A program made the position numbers and the translations under genes. A DNA stretch of 64,000 bases from Antedon mediterranea (lineage: Eukaryota > Animalia > Echinodermata). The stretch's first letter is position 1, and each line of letters begins with the position of its first letter. Below the pieces are notes generated by a model that worked only from the letters and a program-made list of their open reading frames with translations, made no database searches and was not told where the DNA came from. Positions 38,190 through 52,207 of this stretch are shown in pieces. The stretch spans positions 18,476,001-18,540,000 of the forward strand of contig NC_092671.1 in the NCBI RefSeq assembly GCF_964355755.1. Reading direction: 5' to 3'.

Positions 38190-39623
38190 CTAGATGGTAC
38201 GCTCGCTTCGCTCGCGTACCATCTAGGTCATGCCCACAGATGGTTCTCGAAAAATAATAATTTCAGCGTTAAAAAACTGGCGATTTCAAATGTACGTACA
38301 ATAATACATGTCGTTTACAGGAACGAATAAATAGACAATGATTTATGTACTCAACTAAAATTAGCACCCTGAGAATTACTTCCGAAAGAGAAACTTGTCA
38401 CAAAATGAGACCAATTGTTTAAGTCAAATTTAAAAAAAATTAATTTGTGTTTTGTATGTAACATTAGGGGTGAGGGATGGGGAAGAGGATGGGTGCAAAG
38501 AGGAACAATTTTTAAATATATTAAATATATTCTTTATCCATTTAGAAATATTAATTGTTTTCATGTTTTACAAATAATATACCACTAAACACAGTAACAC
38601 ATTGCTATGTAATACTTTGTTGAAACTATCACCGTCCTTGTCGATTGAAATAGTACAGTACATGTAACGATACATCACTACGACGTGTATGTTTATATAA
38701 TGTAAAACAATTTGTGAAAACCACCTCTATTCGAGGAAAATCATAAATTCGATTTAATCGTCAATAAATATTAAATTATCTAACTCAACTTAATTAGTAG
38801 GCCTAATGGTTTTCAATTGTTTCTTAGAGCCAATTCATACTTAAGTTGGTTCTTACCCTACCCACCAAAGTTTTTCTGCGTTTAGGGGATGTGATGCACC
38901 GTAGGCCTATCCTGTACTGGCTTTACAACGCTACTCATGCCAGTGAGAGAAGGGTGGTGATGTGGGTGGTTTAAATGCAATAATAAAGATTTTTACATAA
39001 TATACTGCGACTGAAAACGCTAGCTCATTATCCGTTTAAAAAAAATTATATCCAACCTCTGCAGCACAGATTGAAAAAAAAATGGATCAAATTTCTGTTA
39101 TGAGTATACAGTACTTGCCTTTACGACGCCTGAGGGAATAGACACTTGTGGAACAGAGATTGGAATGTTCCATTCATCGCAAATCAATACATTTGTATAA
39201 TCGTATATATAATCTATCAAAATAGTATTTTTTAAAGAAAATCGGCCTGTCTTCAACATTATGATGCTGTACTCTAGCTCTTCAACCGGTTTTCAGCTAT
39301 TAAAAACAATTATCGTAGGAGGAGATAGGAAAATGCGAAGCCTCCTCGCATTTTTGTGGCGGGTATTTTTCAAGATGGACATCCATTAGACAGTGTATAC
39401 CACGATTTGAAAACACCCCTATTTGGGGCAAATCGTTGAACCTAAATTCGTTTTAATCGTCAATAACTAATTATCTAACTTAATTTAATTAGTAAACAGG
39501 GTTACATCAGGTGGTTAAAATCAGTACCGAAATTTCGAACCAACTTTATATACCATCGAGTAAAAATTCTAGAAGTAAGGCGCGATTTACCGAATTTTGC
39601 CCTTACGTAAATTTATATATAGA
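38190..39623 (-). mobile_element. Non-autonomous Helitron
   Basis: 5'-TC start, 3' hairpin CTAGATGGTACGC..GCGTACCATCTAG, inserted between A and T, no TSD; second copy at 50716..52179. Confidence 0.9.
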
Positions 39624-40029
39624 TTACCTATAATAATGTAATAATATTTCGAAATTTGTTTTTAGAAAAATTTAGAAAACAGAGACCCTCTATATGACCT
39701 AATGTCGAGATGTTTTTGTTTGGGTCAGAGACCCCCTATAATGTAATTATTTAAAAAATTTTTTTCATTATTTCAATGATACAAGTTTTTATTGAAGTTT
39801 GTTGTTTCAAGAAATCTCGAAAGAAAAACCTGGGTATCGAGTCTTTGTTTTCATAAACTCTAACTATTGGACTTTATCAAGGTTGGAAGGAGTGGTAAAT
39901 GGGGACTTCTTCTTGAGGCCTTCGCATCTATGCTATCATGGCTGACGGTGATAACAAATATAAAACTCCTTAAGTAATTAAGAAGTCCTTTATACACATG
40001 GATAAAGACGGTTTTAACATTATTTACAA

Positions 40030-40450
40030 ACATTACGTTACGTACTGTGTCCAGGTATGAAATCCATTTCTCCCAAAAAGTAAACGCACTTGAAGAGGAC
40101 AACGTCATGCTACAAATCAAATTCCAGCTATCCATTCTTATTCATGAAGATCGTTTAAAGTTTCTTGGCCTAACAACCCTGTATGACAGACGAATTCATG
40201 GTGACTTGATTGAAAATTTTCAAAAGATTTCAAGGGTGTAGCCAAGGAAGACTTCCTTCAAATAAGATGCAATCTAAGCAGAAATACACGAGGACATCAG
40301 CTTAGACTTTTTAAACCTAAATTTCACAAAGGACTGATAGGAGATCCATTTTTTCACAATTAGTAATTATATATTTTAATAGTTTGCCAACCAAAGTCGT
40401 CATTTCTGAAACCACCAACACATTTAAAAACCGATTGGATTCGTTGTAGA
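40030..40450 (+). mobile_element. CR1-type LINE 3' fragment
   Basis: EDRLKFLGLTTLYDRRIHGDLIENF motif. Confidence 0.75.
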
Positions 40451-43164
40451 AATGAGGTTAAAAGGGTAAACAAATTTACCTATCTAAACTATCAGAACCA
40501 ATATTCTAAACACTGAGTGGATGATTGATCAATTCAAAATAGAATCATTGGTATAACAAGAAACGCTGTAATGCATTGATAGGTTCTGCATGACATGGTC
40601 AGACTGATCACGAATCACACATAATACACAATATTCTTTCGAACTGACAGATGATAAGGAAGATCTTATATTCAAAGTAACAACTTATTGAAAGAAAAAA
40701 AAACAGTAGAACTTACAACTTCATGAGCCACTGAGAAAGCATCGCTCTAAACCTTAGCGGATTTCTATAAGGCAACTGTTTCGATAAAGTATATAAAAAC
40801 TGACAGAAAATCTGCTGATCAACCATTGGAGTATGATCATAGCCAAATTTTAATATCTTTAACCAAATATCACTTCACATATCTTGATGGATGGCGTTGA
40901 AATACCCACAGATGTTCCAGAAGAAAACTTACAGTAAAAACATGATGGCCATGCACTATAGGATGCAGTAAACATGGCTGTAAACATTTGGTGACTATGC
41001 AAGTATTTATGCAAGTTACCTAGATATTTCGTCATTTTGTTTTATTTGATCATTACATTGGAAAGGGGTGGATAAAAGCAGTGACACGATTGAAAGGATA
41101 GTCCCAATATACTAATCTGTACTTCCGTATGTGTTTTGGGCCACACTCATCGGTTTGGAGGAGAACAAATATCACACAGTTTTTAGACATTCTTTATGTC
41201 AATAACAAAGAGCTTGCAATTATACATGAAAGTTGATGTTAATAATGATATGCACTTTGTAACAGTAGCCTTCAAAAGTATAGACGATGTCTGGTATAGT
41301 GAACAATAAAGTGGTTGAAAACCTATTAAGAATAATCTAACCAGTTTCCATGCCATTACAGGTTGCAGCACGTCATTATTTGCTGGTTATGAGAAGAGGT
41401 CATACTGGAAATCATTTGTAACGCATCCACTCCTTGTAAATGGAATTGATTAAGATTAAGACTTTCCACGTACAGTGTACACTAAAGTTTAGTATTGCCA
41501 AATATATGGTACTCTTGAGCAGATAACTGTATAATAACAGACTACTCTTTGGTGCTACCTCCATCTAGACTCAGTGACCATATACCATTAACACTAGTGA
41601 TATATATTTCCCTTAAATATTAAGTATTTCACTTCACTCAATAAATATTTAAGTACCTGTATTTCTACTTCGGGAAACACTTAAAATTAAAAAAACTCAC
41701 CTATGGTGAATACAGATGTCATAGAACCTAAACATACGAGCCAACTATCAGGCAGAGATCAGTATGTGGCCTAAATGAATCAGGTCGTTTGGAAGCCCCT
41801 AACCCAGTTGTCAGTTTGGAACTTGTTACATGTGTATGTAAACTAAAGAGCCAGATGAAGTTGTTACAGAAAGCATGCATATGTGGTTGTGATTCAATCG
41901 TTTGCCGTTACCCAGATGGCCAGTAGGCATTATATATCAGTGCTTGAAGATATACCCACCTCAGAGCGTTACCTCCTTCCATCCCAGAACAATTTCGAAT
42001 ATTGGCATGTGCCCATGCCGCCCATTACTCCCAACCCACAAATCCTCTGTGACCGTTTTTAAATGAAATTTAAGACATTCCAGTAGGCCTCCAATTTCGG
42101 TTATTTTGATACTCTAGGACTCATCCTCTCCATTCCTTGAACACCTTCCAGGAGTGACTCAAAAAGTTTAAAATCTTCCCAGTACAATTCTGGTCTTTTT
42201 GACACCACACTATAACCATCAGCCCAAGGCTATCATGAAAATTATATTTATTTCAATTATTAATACCGATAATTAACAGGTCTGTGCTCTATTTGACCTT
42301 ATGACCTTGAAAATGACCTTTAAACTTGTAAGTTGAAAAATTGATGAACTTCACCATCTGCAGCAATATGTCAATAATGATCCAATAATGGTTACATTTC
42401 TTTTAATTAGCTTATATGTTGTTGAAAACAGCTTAAACCTCTATTTTACCATATTTGACCTTATAACCTTGAAAATGACTTTGACCTGAAATTTGAGAGC
42501 GGCATCCACCCCTATCTTTTTTGTCATCCCATAAGGGATATATTCCACATGGTTGCCTGCTATTAACAGAAAATGGCCCCCGTGATGAAAAAGCTCACAT
42601 TGGCCGCCCTACTAAGATGCCAGTGCGTAAGTTCTGAATTTGTTATAGTTTTTACTCATTTAGTTGACCTTAAATGTTAAAGAAATGTTATGCTGTAATT
42701 ATTACATTTGAGTGAACAGATTTCACTAACGTGGCCTTTTGTATGCCGTCGTGATATGGTACTATGATTAGGAGACGGATCATACATTCGATGATTCTAG
42801 TAATTATTCTAAGTTTTCAATGAGTATGAGATAATGGTGTTTGAGAGTATTTATTAGCCTTTGTTAACCTAAATGCAGACATGTGGTTTTAGTAGATATA
42901 CTTCGCATATTTGAATCAGAACCTAATATTTAGTATATTCGGCTGTATAAAGTGCAGCCCATAGAAATTACAATATGATTGAGGGATGGGGAAGAGGATG
43001 GGTAGAAAGAGGAACAATTTTTAAATAATATTCTTTATCCACTCGGTAACGAAATATGTTTTTATGTTTTATAGACCTATAAAAAATATACTACTAACTA
43101 CAGTAAACATTTCCGATTTAATATTCAAAATACGCAAATTGAAGGCGTTTTGCTTTGCCAAAAT

Positions 43165-43630
43165 GATTTGATTTGATTTGATTTATTTCGGCATCAGTAC
43201 ATAAAATATCACAGACATACAATTAAGATTAGCAAATATAAAAATACCAAAATAAAACAAGGATGCCAAGGATAACTCATAAAAGTCCTCTACGGACTTG
43301 TTTCCAATGAGGTCCTTTGAAAGAACAGCAAAAAGACAAACAATGCAACATATAAAAATTCCAAAAACAGCAAAAAAGACAATTGAAAAAAGAAGAAGCG
43401 CTTATTAAATAGTTTCTAGAGCTAGTGAACGTTCCTGTAGATACTTTTTAACTTTACTTTTAAAACAACAAACAGTTTGTGATTCCTTAATGTTAATTGG
43501 TAAATTATTCCATTCTTTAATAGCATTGTAAAAAAAGGTCACATGTGCCATTGGCTTGATAGTTGGGATTGTAAAATTAAAATTGCATCCCTAGTATTGT
43601 AATTATGACTGTCTGAAATTCTAATAAAAC
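43165..43630 (-). mobile_element. LINE 3' fragment
   Basis: (ATCAA)n tail on the minus strand; HNYNTR...F.YNAIKEWNNLP motif. Confidence 0.7.
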
Positions 43631-43647
43631 ATAACAATAATAATAAA

Positions 43648-43830
43648 TACACAAACCATGCCAAAAAACACAAATCTGCTTTACCGAAATACGCAAATCA
43701 TGCCAAAATACGCAAATCTGCTTTACCGAAATAACAAACCATGCCAAAAAACACAAATCTGCTTTACCGAAATACGCAATGCCAAAATACGCAAATTGAG
43801 GGCGCTATGCTTTGCCAAAATACGCAATAC
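43648..43830. repeat. Short tandem array of ~41-43-bp units
   Basis: ATGCCAAAA(A/T)AC(A/G)CAAATCTGCTTTACCGAAATA repeated 3+ times. Confidence 0.85.
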
Positions 43831-44201
43831 GTATTTTGGAAGGGTACTCACCATCCCTAAAAATTTGCGATTCAAATGGTTAATACGTATTTACAGTATT
43901 GTGAAAGTGTTGCAATACTATATCTACAGGTTTTAAGTCATCCCCAAGGACCCATAAATGTAACTTCTTGTTTCAGACCAAAATAATTATACTGAGATTG
44001 GAATGTTCCAATCATCGCAAATCAATACATTTGTATAAACGTATGTTAAATAATAATCTTTGTTAAAGAAAATCGGCTTGTTTTTAACATTATGTCGAGC
44101 TGTTCAACCTGTTTTCAGCTATTAAAAACAATTTTCGTAGAAGGAAATAAGTAAATGTTTCTCAGGTCCTGTTTACCAGACTTGATGAAACAAATCCTCA
44201 C

Positions 44202-44312
44202 CTTAGAATCTTGTAGGTATATTGAAGCTAATCGTAGGTATATTGCATGTGTTTCTTTCGCATCAGCAATAAATGATAATGTTCTTTCATAGCAGTTTCT
44301 TGCTTCAGCCAT
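44202..44312 (-). pseudogene. CFAP70: Isolated exon fragment resembling CFAP70/TTC18 (TPR region)
   Basis: AEARNCYERTLSFIADAKETHAIYLRLASIYLQDSK resembles recalled CFAP70 [35 protein letters not shown]; followed by donor AAG|gtgagg; no other CFAP70 exons seen. Confidence 0.65.
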
Positions 44313-44505
44313 TGAGGAAAACCTTCTCACAAACAAAAATACTGCAAGAAAATGTACGAGCTATTTCAATCAAGAGATGTTTTAACGATAAAGGACCACA
44401 CTTTATTCATCTGAATAGTACAAGATAACTAAATAATACCGAAAATCTCCAAAATTCGCATTCTGGCAGCTAGATCTAACGCCGCTGGAATTATAATTTC
44501 TGGAT

Positions 44506-46860
44506 CATTTCATTTCATTTATTCCACATTTATTTAGTCATCAATTACAGTACATCATAATTACAGTACAACTGAAAACAGGGATCCTGCATAAAAAAGC
44601 TGTAGCTTCGTTTTTTTTTGTAGGACCCTTTTACATAAGAACAAGTATATAGAACTTAAATAAAACAAAGGTGTTGTTAATCAGCATATAGTGATAAAAA
44701 GTATATTTTTACCTGTTTTTTTTATACATTTATTTTGATTCTTTAAAATAACCGGTTTATTACCACCATTACAAGTGAATTCTTTCCACAATTTTGGTCC
44801 ATATATGTGTATAAACTGTTGACTGCAAGTTAGCCTTGTGAAGGGAATTTCGAATTCAGTTTCTATTCTGAGGTTATGAGTAGGCCTAATACTGTCACAG
44901 TAATTAAAAATATTTAAAATGTGATGTGGTAATTCATTGAATTTTACGTTTGCCATAAATCCTATGACGTTTACTTTGTAAATATCATAAACGTTTAATA
45001 TTTTTAGTTTCTTAAACAGTGGCTCTGAGGCTTGTCTGGATTTAGAGAAGGTAATACAGCTCTCTTTTGGAGTTTTAGTATTACTTCTAATGTGCTCTTG
45101 TATGTATTTCCCCATATTAAGTTATCATACTGAAGGTGAGGTAATACTAAGGTGTTATAAAGACTAATACGGACTTTATGAGGAAAGAATTCTCTTACTT
45201 TTAAAAGTATACCAGTTGCCCTAGACATTTTTTCCTAATAAGCTGTATGTGATGTTTCCAGTTAAGATTTTCGTTTAAAGTTACACCTAGAAATGTCACA
45301 TTTTCTTTTCTATGTAATAACACATTATTCATTTTTATTTTAAACTGGTTTTTGTCAAAGTACTTTTGGTTAGTTCTAAAAACAACGTAATTAGTTTTGC
45401 TGACATTCAGTAACAGCTTATTTGCTTTAAGCCATACGTTTATTTTTTCTACTTCAATATTCATAGTATGGTTTAACATTGTAGGGTCATCTCCCCTTGT
45501 TATACAAGTTGTGTCGTCAGCAAAACTAATTATATCTATTTTACTACTTGCTCGACTTATATCATTGATGTAAATCAAAAACAAAAGTGGTCCTAAAACA
45601 GAGCCCTGTAGCACCCCTATATTGGTGTCTTTTAAACATGATGATCTACCATTGGCATAAACATATTGTTTGCGGCCACATCTAAACCACATTAAAACGA
45701 TGCCTCTTATACCATAATGCGCCAATTTGCTCAACAGAATTACTGTGATCGATAATGTCAAACGCTTTTGACAAATCCATAAGGGTAGTAAGTGCATATT
45801 CCTTTTTTTCAAATGCATTTAATATTCTATGGACCAAGTCGATCATAGCATGAGAAGTTGAGTGTTTGTTTCTAAATCCATATTGATTGTCGCTTAACAC
45901 TTTAAATTTTGTAAGATAATTGTATAATTGATTATGGATAATCTTTTCAAAAACTTTCGAAAAAATTGGCAACAGCGATATGGGACGATAGTTTGAGGCC
46001 AAATGGCGGTCCCCTTTTTTATGTTTTGGAACTACTTTGGAAATGTTCAACTTCCCTGGTATCAGTCCAGTTTGAAGTGATAAATTAAAAATATATGCCA
46101 GCGGCTTTAATTGTATTTTACTTCCTTTACAACTTTTGCTGAAATGTCATCAAATCCGGGGGCTTTGTTTGAATCGAGAGATTCAATAACTTTTAGTACC
46201 TCATCAACATAGTGAAAAAACATTGAGTTGCGTTGTTTGTTTGTGAGGTATTCAGAATATTGTGTCGTAGACTCAATATTGTCTCGAACCTTACAACTTA
46301 CATTAATAAAATAATCATTAATGTGATTTACAACATTTTCGCAACCATGTATAGTTTCATTGTTATGTGTAAAAGAAGTGGGAACTTTAGTTTTTCCTTT
46401 ATTCGGATCAATTACATCATTTATAACATTCCATGTTTTTTTAATATTACCATTTGTTCGATTGAAAAGATTTTCATAATACATCTTTTTGGCGATTTTG
46501 CACGTGCGAGCAAAAGCTTTTTAAAATTCTTTACACGCATTTTTGTTTTTTACAGTAGGATGTTTTATGAACCTTTTATACAGTACATGCTTTCTTTTAC
46601 TAGACCTTAGTAACCCAGAACTCATCAAGGGCTGCTTGAATTTGTCATACTGTTTTGATGACTTTACAGTTTTTTTAAGGTGTTTGTTATATAGAAACTT
46701 AAAATTATCCAGAAAATCATTATAAGCGATTTCTGGATCAGTCGTTTCATATACTCCAAGCCACTCTGCACTTAACAAATCATTATTTAGTTTCATAATA
46801 TTTCTATTGTTAACTATATACGTGTCACAGACTGAGGTGCAGTTATGGCTTCATGACTTT
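44506..46860 (-). mobile_element. 5'-truncated L2/CR1-group LINE, frameshifted
   Basis: NYRPISLLP, DLSKAFD, GVLQGSVLGPLLFLIYIND, FADD; (TGAAA)n tail. Confidence 0.92.
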
Positions 46861-47676
46861 ATGACTCTCTTACTGACCAAAAAATAAGAATTAATGGATA
46901 TTCTGTTCTTCATAATGACAGATCAAGATCAGGGGGCGGTGTATGTGCCTATGTTCGTAACAATATACCATGTAATACAAGAACTGATATGCACAACACA
47001 TCGAATGTTTAGTTTTTGAAATTGTGCTTCCTAAAACCAATTCTTGAATAGTTGTGTATGACCACCGAATTTCTCGATCATGTTGATAAATCGTTGTTAA
47101 ATATTTCTCCAGGTTCCAGATTAATGGTGGAAAAAAGGAGGTAATATGGAATAAACTGAATTTACAAAATATAAAATGTTATAAAATCACTGAGTAAATT
47201 GTAATGAAAAAAAACATTAGAAAATAACACAAATGTTATGGTGATGAAATTAAAGCTCGCAAACACAATTTCCCGACAAAGATCTAAACGCCGATTGGTG
47301 GACTAACATAAAAATAAAAATATAAACATCCTTCTACTAAGTTATATAGTAAGTAGCCCATATATTAACGTATGTAAATACAAAACATAAACCAACCTAA
47401 CATTACATTTTGCATTTTGATTACAATAGGAACAGTTGCTTGATTATGTGATTGGTTCGATGCATTCTGGGAAATATCATCTTAAGGACGTTTAAGATCA
47501 CTGTACAATGACATCGTGATACAAGTTAGTGCCATGCATACGTTTCAGGTGTACAACTTTATGTATAACATTCAGCGAAAACGGTAAGTAGAAATATCAA
47601 TAGGATAAAAACGTTTGCACAAAACAAAACGGAAATTAATTTCATTCTCTAATATCACTTATTTTTTTAGATAAAT

Positions 47677-47755
47677 ATGCACTTCTTCAAATTTCTAACC
47701 GTCATGTATACATGTATTGTTGTTGAAGGCGACATGCATTGTGATCAGCCTACAG
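47677..47755 (+). CDS. Gene B coding exon 1: signal peptide
   Basis: MHFFKFLTVMYTCIVVEGDMHCDQPT; acceptor tttttttag at 47670, 6 nt before the ATG; donor AG|gtatat, phase 1; probable 5' UTR exon ends at 47583 (g|gtaagt). Confidence 0.75.
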
Positions 47756-49773
47756 GTATATTTTTGTTTTTACACTACATAAGCAAACCTAGATTGTTCC
47801 CAAATCCTTTTAGTTGGCTAGTTGGCATATAATAATCAAGAATATTTTTATTCGAGACACGAAAATATTTATCAATCTAGTTAGTGCATACTGAACGCAT
47901 GAATTTCTATTGTCTTTTAATTTTGACCACACTTGGTAAATGGGATGCGCCTGATAAATCATTGTAGATACCCTTGATATGCCGAATGAATTATTTTTGT
48001 GTTTGTGAAGCTCGGGAATAAATTGTTGTATTACTATAGTCATTATCATCATTAGCTATTAATTTTGTCAAAGTCGTCGTCCAGATCAGTGAAATCAATT
48101 TCTATTTTGTTTCGATTTTAAATAGTATACACATAATTGTTTATGAGTGGTGAGCTCGTAGTTTTCAGACAAAAATCGAAACGACAACTGCTTGTAATAA
48201 TGCATGAGTGGTAGAGTGACCCTTTCTAAAACCGAATTGGGACTTACTAAGAATATTATGTTTATCAATAAATGTAATGGCCATAAACAATTCTTTCAAA
48301 TACTTTAGACAAAAATGGTAAAATGGAAATTGGTCGATAGTTTGCGTTTATCGCCATTATTATTATTATTTTGCTTAACTTTAATTTATTTGGAAAAATT
48401 CCTGTCACAAGCGATGTATTAATGATATGTGCTAATGGTCGAGCTAGTATATCACAAATACATCATATCCACTTGAATTATTGGAATTGAGATCATTTAA
48501 TAATAATAATAAATATTTAATTACGTCAAAATCAGACACTGGTATGAACAAGGTTATATAGATGGCTGCAGTCGAGTGCTAACGTTAGTGTTTACCGACA
48601 TACTGACCAACCGACTGACATAGTGAACTGTAGAGTCGCGTTGCACGCGACTAAAAACATTGAATTAGATACCCTATTTCCCATGTATTTAATGGTACCA
48701 GAGAAGCGTGTCCCTAACTTGCCATTTCGGCCGTTTTTTCCAATATTGACTAATTAATATGTATTAAAAGCAATGGCCTTTCCACGAAACTACTAAATGA
48801 TTGTGATTTTTATTTCATTTGTTAGGAAATAGGCTATTTTTCTTATATTAATAGATTCCCAAGGTTTTCGTTTTTCAAAGTCCTCTTTATAATATTCGAT
48901 TTTTGTACTTGGTATACTTCATTTTATTTATTTATATGAAGTTTTTCTTTATTATTTAATTACCTTTCTATTCCTAATGTCATCCAAGGGGATCGTATTC
49001 TATCAGTTCGTATACGTCCCCGTTTTAATAGAAAACATTTGTCAATAGAAGAGAAGAAGTAATAATTTGCTCGAATTGAAAAACTAATTTGCATTATCGC
49101 TTGAGGGGACTTCTTTCAACAGCTGATTGTCAAGCTCAGATTTAAAATTATGTTTTTGCTCTTCAGAATAAGTACATTTCAAAATAAAGTTATGTCATAT
49201 GTCAGGATTTTTTTCTAATGACAAATTAAAACTCCACTCCCAAAGACTTAATAATAATATAGGGCCTAATAATAATATAATATATAATATAATAACATGA
49301 TTTTTATAACGCATATGCCACTCAAGGTGCTCAAGGCGCATTTAAAAAATAAAAAACAAATCATACAAATTTCTGACAAATAAAATGCAATTTCTTTGGA
49401 GACTTGTAATAAGACTTTGTAGAGAATCTTGTTTATGTTTTTCTTGTGAACGGGATTGCCATCTTTAAGAAGGATAGTGAATGAATTCGCTTATGGTTAT
49501 ACTTGGCATTTTTCCTAAATAGATATTTAAAAAAAAACAGAACCATTAGATATCACTTACGATAGGTATAGCTAATTCCAAATGACACGTAATGAGTAAT
49601 TAAACAATCAAATTACACGAATACATTCATGTCATTCGTTTAATGGTGGAGAATATTCCATTCGTTGAATCCAACTCATATTAATACTTTAATATATACA
49701 TTAATTGTTTGTATACTAAAACATTTAGTTACCATTAATAATTTGATTATCATTATTATTATTTTATACACAG

Positions 49774-50112
49774 ATGTGGTACCGGTATATAGTATTAATG
49801 AGATCGGAGACGATTACTGTATTATTTTACCGCATTACGATGCAGATGACGAATATTTACAACTGGAATTTGACTACAATCATGCAATGGGAACATTCGA
49901 ATTAATTCCATCAACTGAAGCCTTCAAAAAATTTTGTATTAAAAATAATAACAATCAGATTTTAGGTAAAATTGGTATGAACATTTCGAAAGAAGGATTA
50001 CAAATTTGGCGTGACCACCAACATTCATCATTTTTCTATCTCAAAATGAATCCTATTCAAGAAATGAGGCAATTTTTGACTAATTCAAAAACGTTGTCTA
50101 TTTGCAAAAAAG
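49774..50112 (+). CDS. Gene B exon 2: first extracellular domain (113 aa)
   Basis: cacag acceptor; 339 nt, phase 1-1; ends ICKK then G|gtaag. Confidence 0.8.
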
Positions 50113-50715
50113 GTAAGAACAATGGCGTTATGCAATGACCCTTTCAGCATAATAATTGTACAGATAATACGAAATTGAGTTCTAACATTGGTGATAAATA
50201 CTGTTTGGACATTTGGATGGTCAGATAATACCACGTTGCTATGTTACTATTTAAATTGCTTTTGTACTGTTTTTTACATTTTCTATACTACATAGTAGGC
50301 CTACTCGTAATTATCTAATTTTATTTAGGCCTAATGTATATTTTATTTTTATTAAAAGATAGGTCTGCTGGTTATACATTTGGTCACGATCGTCTTACTG
50401 TTGAACAACTTAGTTTCAGAGGTAGGATTGTACTTATTTTGTTAATGTTTCGGTACTACTCTATATAGGAATTTTAAGTGATCAAACAGCAAGTTGTTTG
50501 TCATTGACATAAAGAAACAAAAAAACTGTCCTAAGACCTATTCGCTAAGTTGAAACATGATATTTAGGCTTATGTTAAGAGCCATGAACCTATAATCCAG
50601 ATTTTAGTTATAGGGGAAATAGGACATGTTTTGCTGTTGAAATATAAGATGGGCGTTACATTTACATTATTTAGCCACCATCGCCGTACGTCCATGCGTC
50701 AACCACGTTTATTAA

Positions 50716-52179
50716 TCTATACATAAATTTACGTAAGGGCAAAATTCGATAAATCGCAGTTTATTTCTAGAATTTTTACTCGATGGTATATAAAGTTGGT
50801 TCGTACTTTCGGTACTGATTTTAACCATCTGATGTAACCATGTTTACTAATTAAATTGAGTTAGATAATTAGTTATTGACAATTAAAACGAATTTAGGTT
50901 CAACGATTTGCCCCAAATAGGGGTGTTTCGTGGTCGTGGTATACACTGTCTAATGGATGTCCAACTTGAAAAATACCCGCAGACAATAATGCGAGGATGC
51001 TTCGCATTTTCATATCTCCTCCTACGATAATTGTTTTTAATAGCTGAAAACCGGTTGAACAGCTCGAGTACAGCATCATAATGTTGAAGACAGGGCGATT
51101 TTCTTTAAAAAAATACTATTTTGATAGATTTAATATACGTTTATACAAATGTTTTGATCTGCGATAAATGGAACATTCCAATCTCTGTTCCACAAGTGTC
51201 TATTCCCTCAGGCGTCGTAAAGACAAGTACTGTACAGTCATAACAAAAATTCGATACATTTTTTTCCAATCTGTGGAATCCTTTTTTTAACGCATAATGA
51301 GCTAGCCTTTCCAGTCGCCGTCTATTATGTACAATCAACTTTATTATTGCAGCTAAACCACCACCAACACCACCACCCTCCCCTCACTGGCATGAGTAGC
51401 GTTCGTTGTAAAGTCAGTAGAGGACAGGCCTACAGTACGAATGATCAGTACATGCCCTAAACGCAGAACGACTTTGGTGGTTAGGAAACAACTTAATTTT
51501 CAATACAAGTTGGGTAGTGGGTATCATAATTGGCTCTATGAAACAATTGACCATTAGGCCTACTAATTAAGTTGAGTTAGATAATTATTTATTGACGATT
51601 AAAGCGAATTTACGATTTGCCCCGAATAGAGGTGTTTAATATATTACTGACAGTTCCTTCTGAACGTTTGTAATCATGTAACTTCAAAAAAATATAAACG
51701 TCGTATTAGTGATGTATCGTTACATGTACTGTACTATTTCAATCGACTATGACGGTGACAGTTTCAACAAAGTATTACATCGCAATGTTTTACTGTGTTT
51801 ACTGGTATATTATTTGTAAAACATGAAAACCATTAATATTTCGTTACTAAATCGATAAAGAATATATTTAAAAATTGTTCGTCTTTGCATCCATCCTCTT
51901 CCCCATCCCTCAACCCAAATGTTACATACAAAACACAAATTCAGTTTGTTTCTTATTTTGTGACAAACTTCTTTTTCGGAAGTAATTCCCGGGGTGCTAA
52001 TTTTAGTTGAGTACATAAATCACCGTGTCTATTTATTCGTTCCTGTAAACAACATGTATTATTGTCCTGCATGTGCATTTGAAGTCGCCAGTTTTTTAAA
52101 CGCTGAAATGACTATGTATTCGAGAACCATCTGTGGCACGACCTAGATGGTACGCGAGCGAAGTGAGCGTACCATCTAG
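50716..52179 (+). mobile_element. Non-autonomous Helitron in intron 2 of gene B
   Basis: A|TC ... hairpin-CTAG|T; collinear with the reverse complement of 38190..39623. Confidence 0.9.
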
Positions 52180-52207
52180 TTCATATAATTAGTTCAAAAC
52201 TAAACAT

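Larger units (their letters stand above)
37585..42614 (+). mobile_element. AcademX-derived element with TIRs, decayed coding remnants and nested insertions
   Basis: Termini TAGTAGAGAGGCCAA / TTGGCCGCCCTACTA; AGA TSD; ~170-bp subterminal inverted repeats; FHAITGC (41346) and ELVTCVCK (~41820) remnants. Confidence 0.8.

Noticed and set aside
43648-43830. CRISPR-like array, or ORF 43658..43936 as a gene
   Set aside because: Tandem units have no unique spacers, the context is eukaryotic, and the ORF is a repeat artefact
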